From a bacterium (GTDB lineage: Bacteria; UBP7; UBA6624; JBBIMK01), in the NCBI GenBank assembly GCA_037444445.1, contig JBBIMK010000015.1:1-32000 (forward strand): a stretch of DNA of 32,000 nucleotides, read 5' to 3'. Shown piece after piece: positions 23,410 through 32,000 of the stretch. A program made the position numbers and the translations under genes. Each line of letters starts with the position of its first letter. Positions within the stretch are counted from its first letter, which is position 1. Below the pieces are notes generated by a model. It searched no databases and had not been told where the DNA came from. It worked only from the letters and a program-made list of their open reading frames with translations.

Positions 23410-24789
23410 TTAAACAGAGTATTCTTGCACCAGAGTGCGACATAACCGTTGAAGTTCTGGAGCCAGTTCAACAGGATAATGAGCCTGAGTATGGATGGAT
23501 TTCACTTCAGGAGGGAAACGCGAGAGGTTTTCATAGAATCTTTTTTGAAGGTTTTGAAGAGAGGGGATATTTCCGATAATTTCGCCATTTTCCATAACCT
23601 TATGGAGGAGAGGGAAAGAATTCCTGGTGGGAATGGGTTCGTCCTGGAGTGCAATGATGTCTTTAAGGAATTGCCCCTGCGAGTTCAGGCACCGGTAGAC
23701 CTGTTTTTTCCCTGGCAGGGTAAGTTTTCCCTGCGAGAGTTTAATAGTGGGGCGGCCATCCCTGTCCACGAGTTTATACACACCACCCAAGTAGGGAGCA
23801 TCTGCGGAGGTGCCCAGTTGTGTTCCCACGCCCCAAAAATCTATAGGACAGTTTGCCCGGGTCAGTTCTGCTATCCGCCATTCATTCAAATCGCCACTGG
23901 CTAAAATTTTCACATAGGGAAAGCCGTTAGAATCCAGGATTTCACGGACCTTCCTGGAAAGGAAATTCAAATCACCACTATCCAGGCGAACCCCGCGCAG
24001 TTTCTGACCTTTCTGCTCCATTTCCTTTGCCACAGTTACGGCAATTTTGGCACCATTCAGCGTGTCATAAGTATCTATCAACAGGATGGAATTGTCAGGA
24101 AAATCTGTAATGAAAGACCGAAAAGCCGTGAGTTCATCTGGATAAGACATCACATAAGAATGAGCCATGGTGCCGTAAACAGGAATGGAATAGAATTGGC
24201 CTGCAAGCACGTTGGAAGTTCCCACGCATCCAGCGATAAAGGAAGCCCGGGCGGCTTTTAAAGCGGCATCACAACCATGGTCACGACGAGGCGAGAAATC
24301 TACCACAGATTTTCCATCAGCGGCCAGGATAATCCTCGCCGTTTTAGAGGCCACCATGCTCTGATAATTGATGGTATTTAGAAGGAATGTTTCCACCAGT
24401 TGAGCCTGAATCAGAGGGGCGGTCACCCGGATGAGCGGCTCCTGGGGGAAAAAAATCTGCCCCTCTTCCATGGCCCACACTTCACCCGTAAAGCGAAAGT
24501 GACGAAGGTAGGAGAGAAAATCCTCCTCAAAGAGTTTCAAGGTTCGTAGATACTGTATGGATTCTTCACCAAAAGACAGATGCTGGAGGTAATAAAGGAC
24601 TTGCTCCAGCCCGGCGCTGACCAGCAATGAACGGTTAGGCGGCAAATGGCGGACGAAAAGGTCAAAAGTACTTTCCTCATTCTTTTTCTGCCGAAAATAA
24701 CTGGCGGACATCGTCAACTCGTAGAGGTCTGTCAACATCCCCATATTTTGGGAAGTAACGAAGTCACCGCTCACTGTTTCGCTCACCAA
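23410..24789 (-). CDS. pncB: Nicotinate phosphoribosyltransferase
   Basis: Motifs [32 protein letters not shown] and WGVGTQL. The start is uncertain: the track uses TTG 24789, GTG 24786 and ATG 24744 are alternatives, and none has a clear Shine-Dalgarno sequence. Confidence 0.88.
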   Translation of the reverse strand: MVSETVSGDFVTSQNMGMLTDLYELTMSASYFRQKKNEESTFDLFVRHLPPNRSLLVSAGLEQVLYYLQHLSFGEESIQYLRTLKLFEEDFLSYLRHFRFTGEVWAMEEGQIFFPQEPLIRVTAPLIQAQLVETFLLNTINYQSMVASKTARIILAADGKSVVDFSPRRDHGCDAALKAARASFIAGCVGTSNVLAGQFYSIPVYGTMAHSYVMSYPDELTAFRSFITDFPDNSILLIDTYDTLNGAKIAVTVAKEMEQKGQKLRGVRLDSGDLNFLSRKVREILDSNGFPYVKILASGDLNEWRIAELTRANCPIDFWGVGTQLGTSADAPYLGGVYKLVDRDGRPTIKLSQGKLTLPGKKQVYRCLNSQGQFLKDIIALQDEPIPTRNSFPLLHKVMENGEIIGNIPSLQNLQKRFYENLSRFPPEVKSIHTQAHYPVELAPELQRLCRTLVQEYSV

Positions 24790-24815
24790 TATAGAAAAAT
24801 GAAAGGGTAACGAGG

Positions 24816-25175
24816 TTATTGGTTACCTAATGGCTCTACCCTGATCTGCCGCTGAACGATGCTTCTTAATACCCTCACCGTTTCTTGCTTCTCTTTGAAT
24901 CCAAGGAAAGAACCCGGTTTGACCTTGATGATATAGGTTCCCATAGGAACTCTGCGAGAGAATGTATAATTACCCTCCATGTCAACCGTAGCGGTATCCA
25001 GATATTCGCCACCCGTGGTCCAGAGTTCTACTTTGGCGTCAGGCAAAGCTGCGGTCTCGCCGTTGGGCATTAACATCACGACACGGCCTGTGATTTTTGC
25101 CCGAACAAAAAAACATCCGGTCAACAGGAGTAGCACCCCGCCGGTGAAGAGAATCTTTTTATATGTATTCACCAC
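24816..25175 (-). CDS. Small lipoprotein with a carboxypeptidase-regulatory-like (CarboxypepD_reg) beta-sandwich domain
   Basis: AAGGAGG (complement of 25181-25188) is followed by GTG codons at 25181, 25175 and 25172, and spacing favours 25175 or 25172. The lipobox is LLLTGC. The pattern ITGRVV...PDAKVELW...[10 protein letters not shown]...GTYIIKV follows. Confidence 0.6.
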   Translation of the reverse strand: MVNTYKKILFTGGVLLLLTGCFFVRAKITGRVVMLMPNGETAALPDAKVELWTTGGEYLDTATVDMEGNYTFSRRVPMGTYIIKVKPGSFLGFKEKQETVRVLRSIVQRQIRVEPLGNQ

Positions 25176-25187
25176 ACACACCTCCTT

Positions 25188-26675
25188 TTATTCAATTCCT
25201 TGAGCCTTCTGTAATCTGCCACTGTAATCTACATAGATGGTTTTCCATTCCGAGAAAATCTCAAGGAGTGTCCAGGCGGCGCCTTCTCGGTGCCCATTTC
25301 CCGTTTCTTTTACGCCACCGAAAGGCAAATGCACCTCGGAGCCAATCGTGGGTGCATTGATATAAGTGATACCCGCATCAATCTCTTCCATCGCCCGAAA
25401 GGCAAAATGTAAATCGCGAGTATAGATAGAAGAGGATAAACCAAATCGGACGGCATTGGCGGCTTGAATGGCTTCCTCAAAACTACGAACACGCATCACC
25501 GAGAGAACAGGTCCAAAAATCTCTTCCTGGAAAAGGGTCATAGAAGGAGAAACATCCTCAAAAAGAGTCGGGGCATAAAAATTCCCTTTTTTGTATTCTC
25601 CCTGATTCAGGATTTCACCGCCGATACGAAGCGTAGCCCCTTCCTGAGTGCCTTTCTGCACATAAGCGTGAATTTTGTGAAGTTGATGCTGGTTGATAAC
25701 GGGGCCCACATCTACAGTGGGGTCCAGCCCATTTCCTACTTTCAGTTTCTGAATCCTCTGAATAAGATTCTGAAGCAGAACAGGGTAAATGCCATCTTGA
25801 ACGATTAAACGACTTGTGGCGGTGCATCGCTGACCGGTGGTTCCATAGGCTCCCCACAAAATCCCTTCCACGGCCAAATCCACATCGGCATCATCCAGAA
25901 CGATTACAGGATTTTTCCCACCCAGTTCCAAACTGACTTTTTTCATCTGCTTTCCAGCGACTTCAGCAATGTGCTTACCCGTTTCTACGGAGCCAGTGAA
26001 AGAAATCAACTGAACCCGGGGATGGTGAATCAACAATTCTCCGGTTTCCCCTCCTGAACCATGGATTAAATTCAGGACGCCGGGTGGCAAATCCACTTCT
26101 TCAAAAACTTCCACCAGCAGAGTGCCCAATACTGGAGTAGAACTGGAAGGTTTGAATACAACAGTATTTCCACATACCAGGGCAGGGGCAATCTTCCACA
26201 TAGGAATCGCCATAGGGAAATTCCAGGGGGAGATAAGGGCACAGACGCCCACGGGTTTACGAAAAGCCATAGCCCATTTGTTGGGGAGTTCGGAGGGGGT
26301 GACCGCCCCCAGCATGCGCCTTCCTTCGCCGGCCAGATACTGGGCGCAATCAATGGCTTCCTGCACATCTCCACCCGCTTCTTTCAGGATTTTTCCCATT
26401 TCTCTTGTCATTTCTTTTGCCAGGTCCCACTTACGAGCGATCAGGATGTCTGCCGCTTTCAGCAAGAACTCCGCTCTCTTCGGGGCGGGGGTCCGTGCCC
26501 AACCGGGGAATGCCTGGGCGGCAGATTCTACGGCATCGTTAACATCTTCCACCCCTGACTTTGGGAAGTATGCAATGACATCTTCACAATTCGCAGGATT
26601 GACCACCGGGAAGGTTTCACCTGAGCGAGCGGGCTTCCATTTCCCACCGATATAGTTCAGAAAATTCCCACCCAT
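25188..26675 (-). CDS. NAD(P)+-dependent aldehyde dehydrogenase
   Basis: Motifs WNFP, FTGSVETGKHIA, ELGGKNP (catalytic Glu), GQRCTATSR (catalytic Cys) and EEIFGPV. The start ATG overlaps the purN stop (TAATG). Confidence 0.9.
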   Translation of the reverse strand: MGGNFLNYIGGKWKPARSGETFPVVNPANCEDVIAYFPKSGVEDVNDAVESAAQAFPGWARTPAPKRAEFLLKAADILIARKWDLAKEMTREMGKILKEAGGDVQEAIDCAQYLAGEGRRMLGAVTPSELPNKWAMAFRKPVGVCALISPWNFPMAIPMWKIAPALVCGNTVVFKPSSSTPVLGTLLVEVFEEVDLPPGVLNLIHGSGGETGELLIHHPRVQLISFTGSVETGKHIAEVAGKQMKKVSLELGGKNPVIVLDDADVDLAVEGILWGAYGTTGQRCTATSRLIVQDGIYPVLLQNLIQRIQKLKVGNGLDPTVDVGPVINQHQLHKIHAYVQKGTQEGATLRIGGEILNQGEYKKGNFYAPTLFEDVSPSMTLFQEEIFGPVLSVMRVRSFEEAIQAANAVRFGLSSSIYTRDLHFAFRAMEEIDAGITYINAPTIGSEVHLPFGGVKETGNGHREGAAWTLLEIFSEWKTIYVDYSGRLQKAQGIE

Positions 26676-27283
26676 TAACCTTCACTTCCTGGAAGAATTC
26701 TCACTTTCCGACCCTCTACCTTCAGCCGATTCTCGGCAAAAAGACGAACCGCCTGAGGATAAATTCTATGTTCTTCCCTCAAAATTCGTTCTTCCAGCAT
26801 TTCTGGCGAATCGTCCGTATGAACAGGAACGACTGCCTGGAGGATGATCGGTCCTGCATCCACTTTTTCATCTACGAAGTGAACCGTGCAACCGGCTACT
26901 TTCACGCCATATTCCCACGCTCTTTGTTGAGCATGGAGTCCCTTAAAAGATGGAAGCAAAGCCGGGTGAATATTTAGAATTCGTCGGGGGAAAGTTTGAA
27001 CAAAAGTCGGACTGAGAATTCTCATAAAACCAGCCAGACAAATCAAATCCACTCTATACTCCTGGAGTTTCTGTATCAACTGCTGTTCAAAATCCGGCAG
27101 GGAGGGTGAAACATACTCTGCTGGCACCTGCTTCAAAGATGCTCGTTTTAAGCCGTAAGCATCTTCCCGGTCGCTCAAAACTATTACCACTTTACCTGGA
27201 ATACGGCCATCCTCACAAGCATCCAGAATGGCTTGTAGATTTGACCCTCTGCCGGACACCAGAACTCCAATGCGGATGCTCAT
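26675..27283 (-). CDS. purN: Phosphoribosylglycinamide formyltransferase
   Basis: Motifs IGVLVSGRGSNLQAILDA, LAGFMRIL, NIHPALLPSFKG and GCTVHFVDEKVDAGPII. The start overlaps the pnp stop (ATGA). Confidence 0.9.
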   Translation of the reverse strand: MSIRIGVLVSGRGSNLQAILDACEDGRIPGKVVIVLSDREDAYGLKRASLKQVPAEYVSPSLPDFEQQLIQKLQEYRVDLICLAGFMRILSPTFVQTFPRRILNIHPALLPSFKGLHAQQRAWEYGVKVAGCTVHFVDEKVDAGPIILQAVVPVHTDDSPEMLEERILREEHRIYPQAVRLFAENRLKVEGRKVRILPGSEG

Positions 27284-29424
27284 CTTTCCCTTCTTGAATG
27301 CTGAACGAACCCCTTCATAGATAGCGAAATTTTACCGGTATCATCATCGTAATCCAGGACTTTCACAGCCACTTCCTCACCTGTCTTCAGTAACTGGTGC
27401 ACATCTTTCCCCCGGGAATCAGGAATTTCAGAGATATGCAGAAGCCCTACTTTCCCGTGGAGGATTTCCACGAGAGCGCCAAAACTCATAAGACGCTTCA
27501 CTTTGCCCCGATAAATTTTTCCGATTTCAACCTCGCGAATGAGATTTCTTATCATCGTTTGCACTTTCAGAGCGACTTCTGCGTTTTCTGCCGTTACAAA
27601 GATGCGTCCATCGTCTTCTATGTCCACCTTCGCTCCTGTTTCATCGGTAATTTTCCGAATATTCTTGCCACCGGTGCCAATCACCCCTCCAATCCTTTCT
27701 GGCGGAACCGAAAAAATTAAAATGTGAGGGGCGCGGGGAGAAAGTTCAGAACGAGGTGCCGGCAGGACCTCTTTAATTTTGGAAAGGATAAATAGACGAC
27801 CCAGGCGCGCTTTTTCCAGCGCCTGACGGATAATTTCCCTGGTTAACCCCGGGATTTTCACATCTAACTGGATAGCGGTAATCCCCACCTCAGAGCCCGC
27901 CACCTTAAAATCCATGTCGCCAACAGCATCTTCTAACCCCTGTATATCAGTGAGAATTAAATATTCAGAACCTTCTTCCAGGAGCCCCAAAGCCACACCA
28001 GCGACAGGGCGCTGAATAGGCACTCCCGCGTCCATCAATGCAAGGGTGCTACCGCACACACTGGCCATAGAAGTAGAACCATTGGAGGAAATTACTTCAG
28101 AAACCAGGCGAATGGTATAAGGAAATACTTCCTTGGGGGGTATCATCGGATATAGAGCTCTTTCGGCCAGAGCACCATGCCCTACTTCTCTGCGCCCCGG
28201 GGAGCGAATGGGCTTCACTTCACCGGTGGAATATCCTGGGAAGTTATACTGGTGGAGAAAGCGCTTATACTCATCCGGCGTTAAATTTTCAATAATCTGT
28301 TCTTCACCGGGTGCACCCAGAGTAGCGATAGTCATCACCTGAGTTAGACCTCTTTGAAACAGAGCAGAGCCGTGAGCTCGTGGAAGAAAGTTCACTTGAA
28401 TCTGGATGTCTCGAATCTCATCCAAACTTCGCCCATCGGGGCGGCGTTTTTCTTCCTTGATAAAACGGCGAACCTCCCGTCGCTTCACCTCTTCGTATAA
28501 TTCACTGGCTATAATAGGGTTCTCCGAAGGAAAATCCTTCTCCAGAGTTTTCTTGATTTTCAGGCTGCCCTGCCGAAAAATTTCATCCATTTCCATTTTG
28601 CTTTTCCGGGTTAATGCCTCCCGGACAGATTCTATGGCCAGGGATTCCACTAACTGAGCCGCTTCAGCCGATAGCCGGCGAGGCTCATAGGAAAATTTCG
28701 GCATACCGTGCTTTTGCTTCAATTCTTCAATAAAATCAATGACCTGGAGAATCGTCGGATATGCGAAATCTATGGCCTGCAGGATGGTTTCTTCAGCCTC
28801 TTCTACGGCTCCCGCTTCCAGGACGACCACTTTTTCACGAGTGGCAGATATGACGAGGTCCAGTGTGCCTTTTTCCAGTTGTTCAAAACTGGGATTGAGA
28901 ACGAATTCACCCTGGATACGACCTACTCGCACAGCGCCCACTGTGGAGCAGAAGGGTATGTCCGAGATGGCAATGGCAGCAGAGGCGCCAATAAGCGCGG
29001 GCACATCCGGGTCGTATTGCTGGTCTGCTGAAAGGGTGGTAGCCACAATCTGAATGTCATGACGAAGGTCTTTCGGGAAAAGAGGGCGGAGGGACCGGTC
29101 AATTAAACGGGCGGTTAAAATGGCTTGCTCTGACGGGCGCCCTTCCCGCTTAAAAAAGCCCCCGGGGATTTTGCCCGCCGCATACATCTTCTCCTCATAA
29201 TCCACCAAAAGAGGCAGAAAATCCGCATCTTCTCGGGGCTCCTTGGAGGCCGTTGCCGACACCAGCACTACAATATCTCCCCATTTCACCAGACAAGAAC
29301 CATTCGCCTGAGAAGCCAGATTTCCCGTCTCCAGGTAGAGTTCATGGCTCCCGAACTGAAGCCCCTTCGCCTTTTCTTCAGAACTGGTTGAGGAAAACTT
29401 CAAACTCTCTTTCACTGCAGCCAT
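27280..29424 (-). CDS. pnp: Polyribonucleotide nucleotidyltransferase (PNPase)
   Basis: Two RNase PH-like halves (GRPSEQAILTARLIDRSLRPLFP; GRREVGHGALAERAL), a KH motif (GGVIGTGGKNIRKI) and an S1 domain (YRGKVKRLMSFGALVEI). The start lies 13 nt inside the 3' end of der. Confidence 0.95.
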   Translation of the reverse strand: MAAVKESLKFSSTSSEEKAKGLQFGSHELYLETGNLASQANGSCLVKWGDIVVLVSATASKEPREDADFLPLLVDYEEKMYAAGKIPGGFFKREGRPSEQAILTARLIDRSLRPLFPKDLRHDIQIVATTLSADQQYDPDVPALIGASAAIAISDIPFCSTVGAVRVGRIQGEFVLNPSFEQLEKGTLDLVISATREKVVVLEAGAVEEAEETILQAIDFAYPTILQVIDFIEELKQKHGMPKFSYEPRRLSAEAAQLVESLAIESVREALTRKSKMEMDEIFRQGSLKIKKTLEKDFPSENPIIASELYEEVKRREVRRFIKEEKRRPDGRSLDEIRDIQIQVNFLPRAHGSALFQRGLTQVMTIATLGAPGEEQIIENLTPDEYKRFLHQYNFPGYSTGEVKPIRSPGRREVGHGALAERALYPMIPPKEVFPYTIRLVSEVISSNGSTSMASVCGSTLALMDAGVPIQRPVAGVALGLLEEGSEYLILTDIQGLEDAVGDMDFKVAGSEVGITAIQLDVKIPGLTREIIRQALEKARLGRLFILSKIKEVLPAPRSELSPRAPHILIFSVPPERIGGVIGTGGKNIRKITDETGAKVDIEDDGRIFVTAENAEVALKVQTMIRNLIREVEIGKIYRGKVKRLMSFGALVEILHGKVGLLHISEIPDSRGKDVHQLLKTGEEVAVKVLDYDDDTGKISLSMKGFVQHSRRER

Positions 29425-30779
29425 TTAATCTTACTACTTTTTTCTCGCAGTGTAAAGCGAAACGGCACACCCTCAAACGGGTAAAACTGTCGGATATATC
29501 TTTCAAAACCCTGATAGAAGGAATCTTTTATAAGGCTCTTGTCGTTGACGAAAAGCAGAAAACGAGGAGATTTTCCCTGAGTTTGCGCTATGTAAGAAAC
29601 GGTCAATCTCTTTTTTCCACGGCTCGGAAGAGGAGTGGAAAACACATAATCTTTTAATAAGCGATAGAGTTCAGGGGCAGGAATCCGGTGCTTGCTAATG
29701 GAAGAAATCTCCACACTTTTTTCTAACAGAGCCTCTATATTCCATTTCTTCAAAGCGGAAATAAACAGTAATGGAACAAAGTTCAAAAACGGACATTCCT
29801 GGTGAAAAAGGGAAATAAATTTTTTCTGAAACGACTTACGATATTGGAACAAATCAAATTTATTCACAGCGATTAAAAGACATTTTCCCTGGTCTTTCAA
29901 AAATCCTCCAATCCGTTTATCGGTGCGAGTGATGCCTTCGGAGGCATTCAGGAGAAACATCACCACATCCACAGAACGGAGGATGCCCCGTGAACGGATT
30001 TCACTATAATAATCCAGAGGGTCAGCATAGCGGAATTTAAGAGCGAGTCCCGCGGTATCTACCAGGCGAAAGAGATGATTTTTCCAGGTGAAGAGGGATT
30101 CCACGGCATCTCGTGTGGTGCCTGGAACTGGGCTCACCTGGGCTCGTTCTTCTCCAAGGATGGCATTCATCAGAGTAGATTTTCCCACATTTCTTCGCCC
30201 AATGATAGCCAGAGTCAGAGAAGGCTCTTTTCCAGCCACTGGGGTTTCTGGAATGAGACGGGCAATTTCATCCAGAAGATTATCGACCCCGCGACCGTGC
30301 AAAGCGGAAATGAAAAAAATCGGCTGAACGCCTAAAGAACGGAAAACCTGAGCATCTAATTCCCTTTGCTCCTGGTCCACTTTATTCACTGCCAGCCAAA
30401 CTCTCTTTCTGGACCGTTGAAGCAGGCGAGCCAACACCCAGTCCTCTTCGGTAATTCCAGTGGTCGCATCGGTAACGAGGAGTAATAAATCTGCCTCTTG
30501 TAGAATACCCTGGTATTGATTTCTCACATTTTTTTCCAGGAAAGAAGTATAGGAAGGATAACCAGCGGCATCCATTACACGAAAGGAGTGTCCTAACCAC
30601 ACTGCCAGGCCATAGAGGCGGTCTCGCGTAACCCCGGGCGTGGGATGAACGATGGCCTGTCGCCTCCCAACAAGCCGGTTGAAAAGTGTAGACTTGCCCA
30701 CATTGGGTTTACCCAGAATAGCCACAGTAAACAGCGGATTTCCTTGAACACCCGGGGACATTCCGGAGCGTGCCGACAT
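29412..30779 (-). CDS. der: Ribosome-associated GTPase Der/EngA (double G domain)
   Basis: There are two P-loops (GKPNVGKSTLFN and GRRNVGKSTLMN), two DTAG motifs and two NKxD motifs (NKVD, NKFD), plus a C-terminal KH-like tail. The ATG overlaps the carA stop (TAATG). Confidence 0.9.
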   Translation of the reverse strand: MSARSGMSPGVQGNPLFTVAILGKPNVGKSTLFNRLVGRRQAIVHPTPGVTRDRLYGLAVWLGHSFRVMDAAGYPSYTSFLEKNVRNQYQGILQEADLLLLVTDATTGITEEDWVLARLLQRSRKRVWLAVNKVDQEQRELDAQVFRSLGVQPIFFISALHGRGVDNLLDEIARLIPETPVAGKEPSLTLAIIGRRNVGKSTLMNAILGEERAQVSPVPGTTRDAVESLFTWKNHLFRLVDTAGLALKFRYADPLDYYSEIRSRGILRSVDVVMFLLNASEGITRTDKRIGGFLKDQGKCLLIAVNKFDLFQYRKSFQKKFISLFHQECPFLNFVPLLFISALKKWNIEALLEKSVEISSISKHRIPAPELYRLLKDYVFSTPLPSRGKKRLTVSYIAQTQGKSPRFLLFVNDKSLIKDSFYQGFERYIRQFYPFEGVPFRFTLREKSSKIKWLQ

Positions 30780-31849
30780 TAAAATTTTTCGACCATATCC
30801 AAAAAATAGCGGAAAAGATTCCGAGAATCCAGAGGTCCAGGGGCTCCTTCAGGATGATATTGAACAGAGAAAATGGGAAGTTCCGTATGTTCCATTCCTT
30901 CAACTGTGCCATCGTTGACCGCCCGGTGAGAAACACGGAATCCCGTGTTCTTCAAGGATTCCTGCTCCACAGCAAATCCGTGATTTTGTGTGGTAATTGT
31001 CACTTCACCCGTGTCCACCTGAATCACTGGATGATTTCCGCCGTGATGACCGAATTTCAACTTATAGGTTCTTGCGTTGCTGGCTAAAGCAAGAATCTGA
31101 TGCCCGAGGCAAATACCGAAGATGGGGAGTTTACCCATAAGGTCTTTCACCATCTGGATGGCATAGGTGAGGATGGCGGGGTCGCCTGGTCCATTAGATA
31201 ATACCACTCCCTTAGGTTGATACTCCAGCACCTGACTTGCTAAAACAGTTGCAGGCAGGACGACAACGCGAAAACCCGTTTGAATTAAGTTTTTCAAAAT
31301 ACTTCGCTTCACACCATAATCTATGAGAACAATCAGGGACTTACCCTCACCCAGAATCTGTGGCTCTTTCACGCTTACTTGTTTCACATAGTCCACCTGA
31401 GAAATATCGGGTTGCTTCCTGACTTCCTGCAGGAGGGCATCCCCTTCTATTACTGACGAAAATCCGCCTTTCATAGCCCCTTTCGTGCGAATATGCCGCG
31501 TTAATGCTCGTGTGTCTACATCCTGCATCACTGCAATTTGATGCTTCTTCACATATTCCAGCAGGGGTGTAAAACCTGGAATAGCGCCCTCAGTGAACGA
31601 GTCTACAATAATCCCCCGGACATGGGGTTGATACGATTCATTTTCTTCATCCAGAGCGCCATAATTCCCAATCAGAGGATAAGTAAAAGTTACGATTTGA
31701 CCCGCATAGGAGGGGTCTGTCATGACTTCCTGATAGCCAGTCATATTTGTCGTGAACACGACTTCTCCGAACACTGTTCCATCCCAGTAAACAGTCTGTC
31801 CTTCCAGGGAAAAACCGTCTTCCAGCATTAAATGGCATACCTTATTCAT
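30779..31849 (-). CDS. carA: Carbamoyl-phosphate synthase small (glutaminase) subunit
   Basis: Motifs GEVVFTTNMTGYQEVMTDPSYAGQI, GICLGHQ (catalytic Cys), HGGNHPV and VQYHPE. Confidence 0.95.
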   Translation of the reverse strand: MNKVCHLMLEDGFSLEGQTVYWDGTVFGEVVFTTNMTGYQEVMTDPSYAGQIVTFTYPLIGNYGALDEENESYQPHVRGIIVDSFTEGAIPGFTPLLEYVKKHQIAVMQDVDTRALTRHIRTKGAMKGGFSSVIEGDALLQEVRKQPDISQVDYVKQVSVKEPQILGEGKSLIVLIDYGVKRSILKNLIQTGFRVVVLPATVLASQVLEYQPKGVVLSNGPGDPAILTYAIQMVKDLMGKLPIFGICLGHQILALASNARTYKLKFGHHGGNHPVIQVDTGEVTITTQNHGFAVEQESLKNTGFRVSHRAVNDGTVEGMEHTELPIFSVQYHPEGAPGPLDSRNLFRYFLDMVEKF

Positions 31850-32000
31850 TTTCTATCACCTTGCCATCCATTTTAGTAATTGTACCACCATAAAAAGTCC
31901 AATACACCCATCCATAAAGTATCTTTCCCACATAGGGGCAATTTTTCCCCCGAGATTGTAAGTGCTCATCCTTCACACGGAACCGCTTATGTGGGTCGAA
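31842..32000 (-). CDS. pyrC: Dihydroorotase-like protein, 3' end only (rest lies beyond the window)
   Basis: Hand translation of the minus strand from 32000 gives FDPHKRFRVKDEHLQSRGKNCPYVGKILYGWVYWTFYGGTITKMDGKVIENE, then TAA at 31842-31844, overlapping the carA ATG by 8 nt. The S(K/R)xKNxP(F/Y)xGxxLxGxV...G pattern and the position upstream of carA fit a dihydroorotase C-terminus. It is absent from the ORF track because it has no start in the window. Confidence 0.5.
   Translation of the reverse strand, partial: FDPHKRFRVKDEHLQSRGKNCPYVGKILYGWVYWTFYGGTITKMDGKVIENE

Noticed and set aside
1-32000. A scan for CRISPR arrays, tRNA or rRNA genes, transposase or integrase genes, terminal inverted repeats and long direct repeats.
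   Set aside because: Every spacer longer than 150 nt (2042-2214, 4845-5030, 6916-7070, 14069-14736, 20974-21140) was read by eye. None shows regularly spaced repeats, cloverleaf-like acceptor or T-arm sequences, or recombinase ORFs. Short dispersed repeats cannot be excluded without computation.

Overview
The window reads as chromosomal DNA from a diderm (outer-membrane-bearing) bacterium of moderate GC. It is densely coded, and I support about 27 protein-coding features. I saw no rRNA, tRNA, CRISPR array or obvious mobile element. Most genes are housekeeping. On the plus strand these include mazG, topA and galE. On the minus strand there is a hyuA/hyuB pair, pncB, and a tightly overlapping string pyrC(partial)-carA-der-pnp-purN-aldehyde dehydrogenase-lipoprotein. 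The stand-out is one uninterrupted 6237-nt ORF (14737-20973, 2078 aa). It joins a full-length TamB/AsmA-like envelope-spanning protein (N-terminal membrane anchor, DUF490-like end) directly to a full Omp85 protein (five POTRA-like repeats, a 16-strand-sized barrel, terminal aromatic beta-signal). In characterised systems these are two separate, non-covalently docked proteins. The fusion junction sits on an internal ATG-KKK-short hydrophobic segment and an A7C5T5 homopolymer tract, so it needs read-level verification. Secondary points: (1) two paralogous HExxH metalloprotease-like genes at the left edge, the second broken by a frameshift at a C6 run; (2) a 668-bp spacer upstream of the giant gene holding two mutually antisense small ORFs, one a 58-aa membrane peptide absent from the ORF track; (3) an ambiguous, ATG-less topA start overlapping mazG; (4) a charged insertion in topA; (5) a three-domain cytochrome c formed by internal triplication. 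All functional calls rest on motifs recognised by eye in the supplied translations. No database search was possible.
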